Below, one piece after another: positions 61,135 to 64,000 of a stretch of DNA of 64,000 nucleotides (position 1 is the first letter of the stretch; each line of letters opens with the position of its first letter). The notes under the pieces are model-generated. The model had not been told where the DNA came from. It worked only from the letters and a program-made list of their open reading frames with translations, and did no database searches. The position numbers and the translations under genes were made by a program. Location of the stretch: contig JABVCE010000009.1 of the NCBI GenBank assembly GCA_014905635.1, forward strand, positions 1,116,001 to 1,180,000, written 5' to 3'. This DNA comes from Scenedesmus sp. PABB004. Taxonomy: Eukaryota.

Positions 61135-63097
61135 ATGCTGCTGCGCGCCGGGGCAGCGGCGGCGGCGGCGCGCGCGCGCGGCTGCGGCGCCGCCGCCGCC
61201 GCGCACGCGCGGCGCGCGGCGAGCGGCGACTGCGGCGGCGGCGCGGGGCAGGCGTGGCTGGACAGCCTGGTCGACTTTGAGAAGCTTGGCGTGCCCGCGG
61301 ACGCGGGCGCGGCGGGGCCGGGCGCTGGCGCCGGCGTCGGTGCCGCGGGCGCCGACGTGCCGCCCGGCGGCGCTGCGCGCTTCGACCTGCGGCCGATGCA
61401 CGCGCTGCTGGCGGAGCTCGGCGACCCGCACGGCGCGCTGCACGCGGTGCACGTCGCGGGCACCAAGGGCAAGGGCTCGGTCGCCACGCTGCTGAGCGCC
61501 GTGCTGCGCGCCGCTGGGTACCGCGTCGGCACCTACACCAGCCCCCACATCGCCAGCATCGCCGAGCGCGTCGTCGTGGGCGGCGGACCCACCGGCGCGC
61601 CCGCCGCGCCCGTGAGCGGCGCGCGCTGGGAGGCGCTCGCGCTGCGCGCGCGCGACGCCGCGGCGCGCGTCGCCGCCGCCGGCGGCGGCGCCGCGCCGAG
61701 CCACTTTGAGGCGGTGACGGCGATGGCGCTGCGCCACTTTGCGGACGAGGGCGTGGAGCTGGCGGTCGTGGAGGCGGGGCTCGGCGCGGCGCGCGACGCG
61801 ACCAACGTGTGGGCGCCGCCCCGCCTCGCGGCGGGCGTGGTCACGGCGATCGGGCTGGACCACGTCGCCGCGCTCGGCGGCAGCCTCGCCAGCATCACCG
61901 CGGCCAAGGCCGGCGTGATGAAGCCCGGCGCGCCCTGCGTCGTCGCGCGCCAGGCCGGCGACGGCGAGCGCGTCGGCGGCGGCGGCGGCGGCGAGGTCTG
62001 GCGCGTGCTGCGCGAGGCCGCGGCGCAGCCGGGCATGCGCGTCCCGCTGCTGCCGGCCGCGGACGCCGTGCAGGTGCGGCGCGCTGGGCGGGCAGGGGCG
62101 CGGCGGCGGCCGCGCGGGCGGACCCGGGCCTCACGCGCCGCCTCCGGGGCGCCGCAGGTGACGCCGGACGGCGGCGGCATTGACATCGCGCCCGGCCCGG
62201 GGCTGCACCTCGCGGCGCAGCTGCTGAGCGTGCGCGCCGCGGCGGGGCCCGGCGGGCGGCCGCTGCAGCTCGACGCGGTGCGGGTGCAGCTCGTGGGCGA
62301 GCACCAGGCGGCCAACGTGCAGGCCGCGGTCGCGGCGGCGCTCGTGCTGGAGCAGCGGGGCTGGGCGCGCATCACCGCGGACGCCATCCGCGCGGGGCTG
62401 GAGGCCGCGTGGCTCCCCGGGCGCTTCCAGGTCGTGCGGCCGCCGGGCAGCGCGGCGACGTACGTTCTCGACGGCGCGCACACCGCCGACTCGGCCGCCG
62501 CGCTCGCGGCCACGCTGCGCGCCGCGTTCCCCGCGGCGCCGCTCGTGCTCGTGCTGGCAATGGCGGCGGACAAGCCGCACCGGTGGGCGCCGCCGCGCGC
62601 GCGTGCCAGCCCGCGCGCTGCGCGGCGTGCGCGCCCCGCGCCGCCCACGCCGCCCCCATGCCACCGCCGCGCGGGCGCAGCGAGGTGTGCGAGGCGCTGC
62701 GCGCCGCGCGGCCGTCGGTCGCGGTGTTCACCAGCGTGCCCATCGCCGGCAGCCACCACCGCGCCGCGCCGCCGGGTGCGCGCGCACCTGCGCGCGCGCC
62801 GCGCCGCGCCTGCTACGCTCCCCTGCCGCGCCCCGCGCAAAAGCGGCAGCTCCGCTGACCGCCCGACGCCGCCCCCGCGCAGGCACGCTGGCCGCGCACT
62901 GGCAGGCCGCCGCCATGCTGTCGCCGGGGCGGCCCTTCCGCTGCCGCGAGCTCATTCAGGCGGGGCTGGGCGCGGCGCTCGAAAAGGCGCGCCACGAGCT
63001 GCGCGCGCAGCACGGCGGCGCCGGCGTCGTGCTGGTCACCGGCTCGCTGCACGCCGTCGGCGGCGCGCTCGCGCTGCTGGAGCAGGGCTGGCAGTGA
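61135..63097 (+). CDS. Dihydrofolate synthetase / folylpolyglutamate synthase (FolC family)
   Basis: HVAGTKGKGS, YTSPH, EAGLG..RDATN, IGLDH, LPGRFQ, LDGAHT, VTGSLH. Confidence 0.93.
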
Positions 63098-63491
63098 GCG
63101 GGCGCCGCGTCGCGCGCGCGGCGTTACCCGCGCGCGCCGTCGCTCAACTGCAATGATGGTGGCGGCCGGGCGGCGCGTGCGCGCACGGACGTCCGCCGGC
63201 CCTCGCGTGCACACGCCCCGCCGCACCGCCGCGGGGGGGCCCTCTGCACACAGTGCTCACGGGGCGCCGCCGGCGGAGAGGCTCCGCGCACGGCGCGCCC
63301 CCCGCGCCCTCCCCCGAAAGCGCTCCGACGCCGCACCGCCGCGTTTGTGCTCCCGGTCAGCGCAGCCCGCCCGCCGCCGCAACCGACAACTGCCGCTCGC
63401 AGCGCGCACAAGCTGTCGTCGCGGCGCCCGCGCGCCGCGCGCGGCTGCGCCCTGCGGCCGCGCGCCAGCGCCGGGGAGGGGTCGCCGCCGC

Positions 63492-64000
63492 TTAGTCGAA
63501 GGCCCACTGGTTCTCGCGGCGCACCTCCTCCTCCTCCTCGGGCGTGAAGTCGTTCTGCACGGGACGCGGTCGTGCGCCGGCGGTCGGGGGGAGCGCGCCG
63601 CGTGCTGCGTGCTGCGCGCGCCGCGTGCTGCGTGCTGCGCGCGCCGCGTGCTGCGCGCCGCTGCGCCGCGCCGCTGAAACGCTGGACCGCCGCGCCGCGC
63701 CGCACCTTGATGTTGAACGTCTTGCGGATCTCCTCGGGCGTCTTGCCTGCGCAGCGCCCGCGGCGCGGAGCAGTCGCGGTCAGCGGGGCGCGCTGCCGAG
63801 CGCGCGCGATCGGCGCGGACGCCCGCCCCGTGCGACCCGCACTGCTGCAGCACGCCGTCGTTCCTCGCGCCCGCCGCCCGCCGCCGCCGCCCTGCTGCTG
63901 CTCCCCGCGCCGCCGCCCGCCCGCTGCTGCGCCCGCCCGCCCGCTGCTGCGCCCGCCCGCCCGCCCGCAGCTGCGCCTGCCGCTGCGCGCCGCACCCTTG
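63492..64000 (-). CDS. SKP1: SKP1 (SCF adaptor), 3' exons only
   Basis: KG|KTPEEIRKTFNIK|NDFTPEEEEEVRRENQWAFD*. Confidence 0.95.

Overview
Extremely GC-rich, intron-dense eukaryotic nuclear DNA from a green alga. The HYDEF fusion, TTTAGGG-type motifs and TGTAA poly(A) signals point to Chlorophyceae, possibly Sphaeropleales (inference). Most ORF-track entries are GC-bias artefacts; the real genes are spliced and were rebuilt by hand. Bases 1-3.8 kb are a nest of mobile DNA. It holds a fragmented L1/Tx1-like LINE whose endonuclease is split into two oppositely oriented pieces, three short tailed insertions (two with TSDs whose removal restores the LINE frame), a fold-back array made from endonuclease coding sequence, and a tRNA-Arg(CCG) gene plus a truncated copy. 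About 20 protein genes follow: a divergent HYDG/HYDEF hydrogenase-maturase pair, OCP3-like homeodomain protein, alginate-lyase-like secreted protein, BPG2/YqeH GTPase, UPF0652, TPR protein, rhodanese-like protein, PrmA, penta-EF-hand protein, S8 and M14 peptidases, RPS21, SAMDC with a spliced plant-type conserved uORF, WD40 (PAK1IP1/Mak11-like), DUF3605, SIK1-like STE20 kinase, HAD-like protein, FolC/DHFS and the SKP1 3' end. About one third of the hand-mapped HYDG/HYDEF introns need GC donors. All assignments come from motif recognition; no searches were run.
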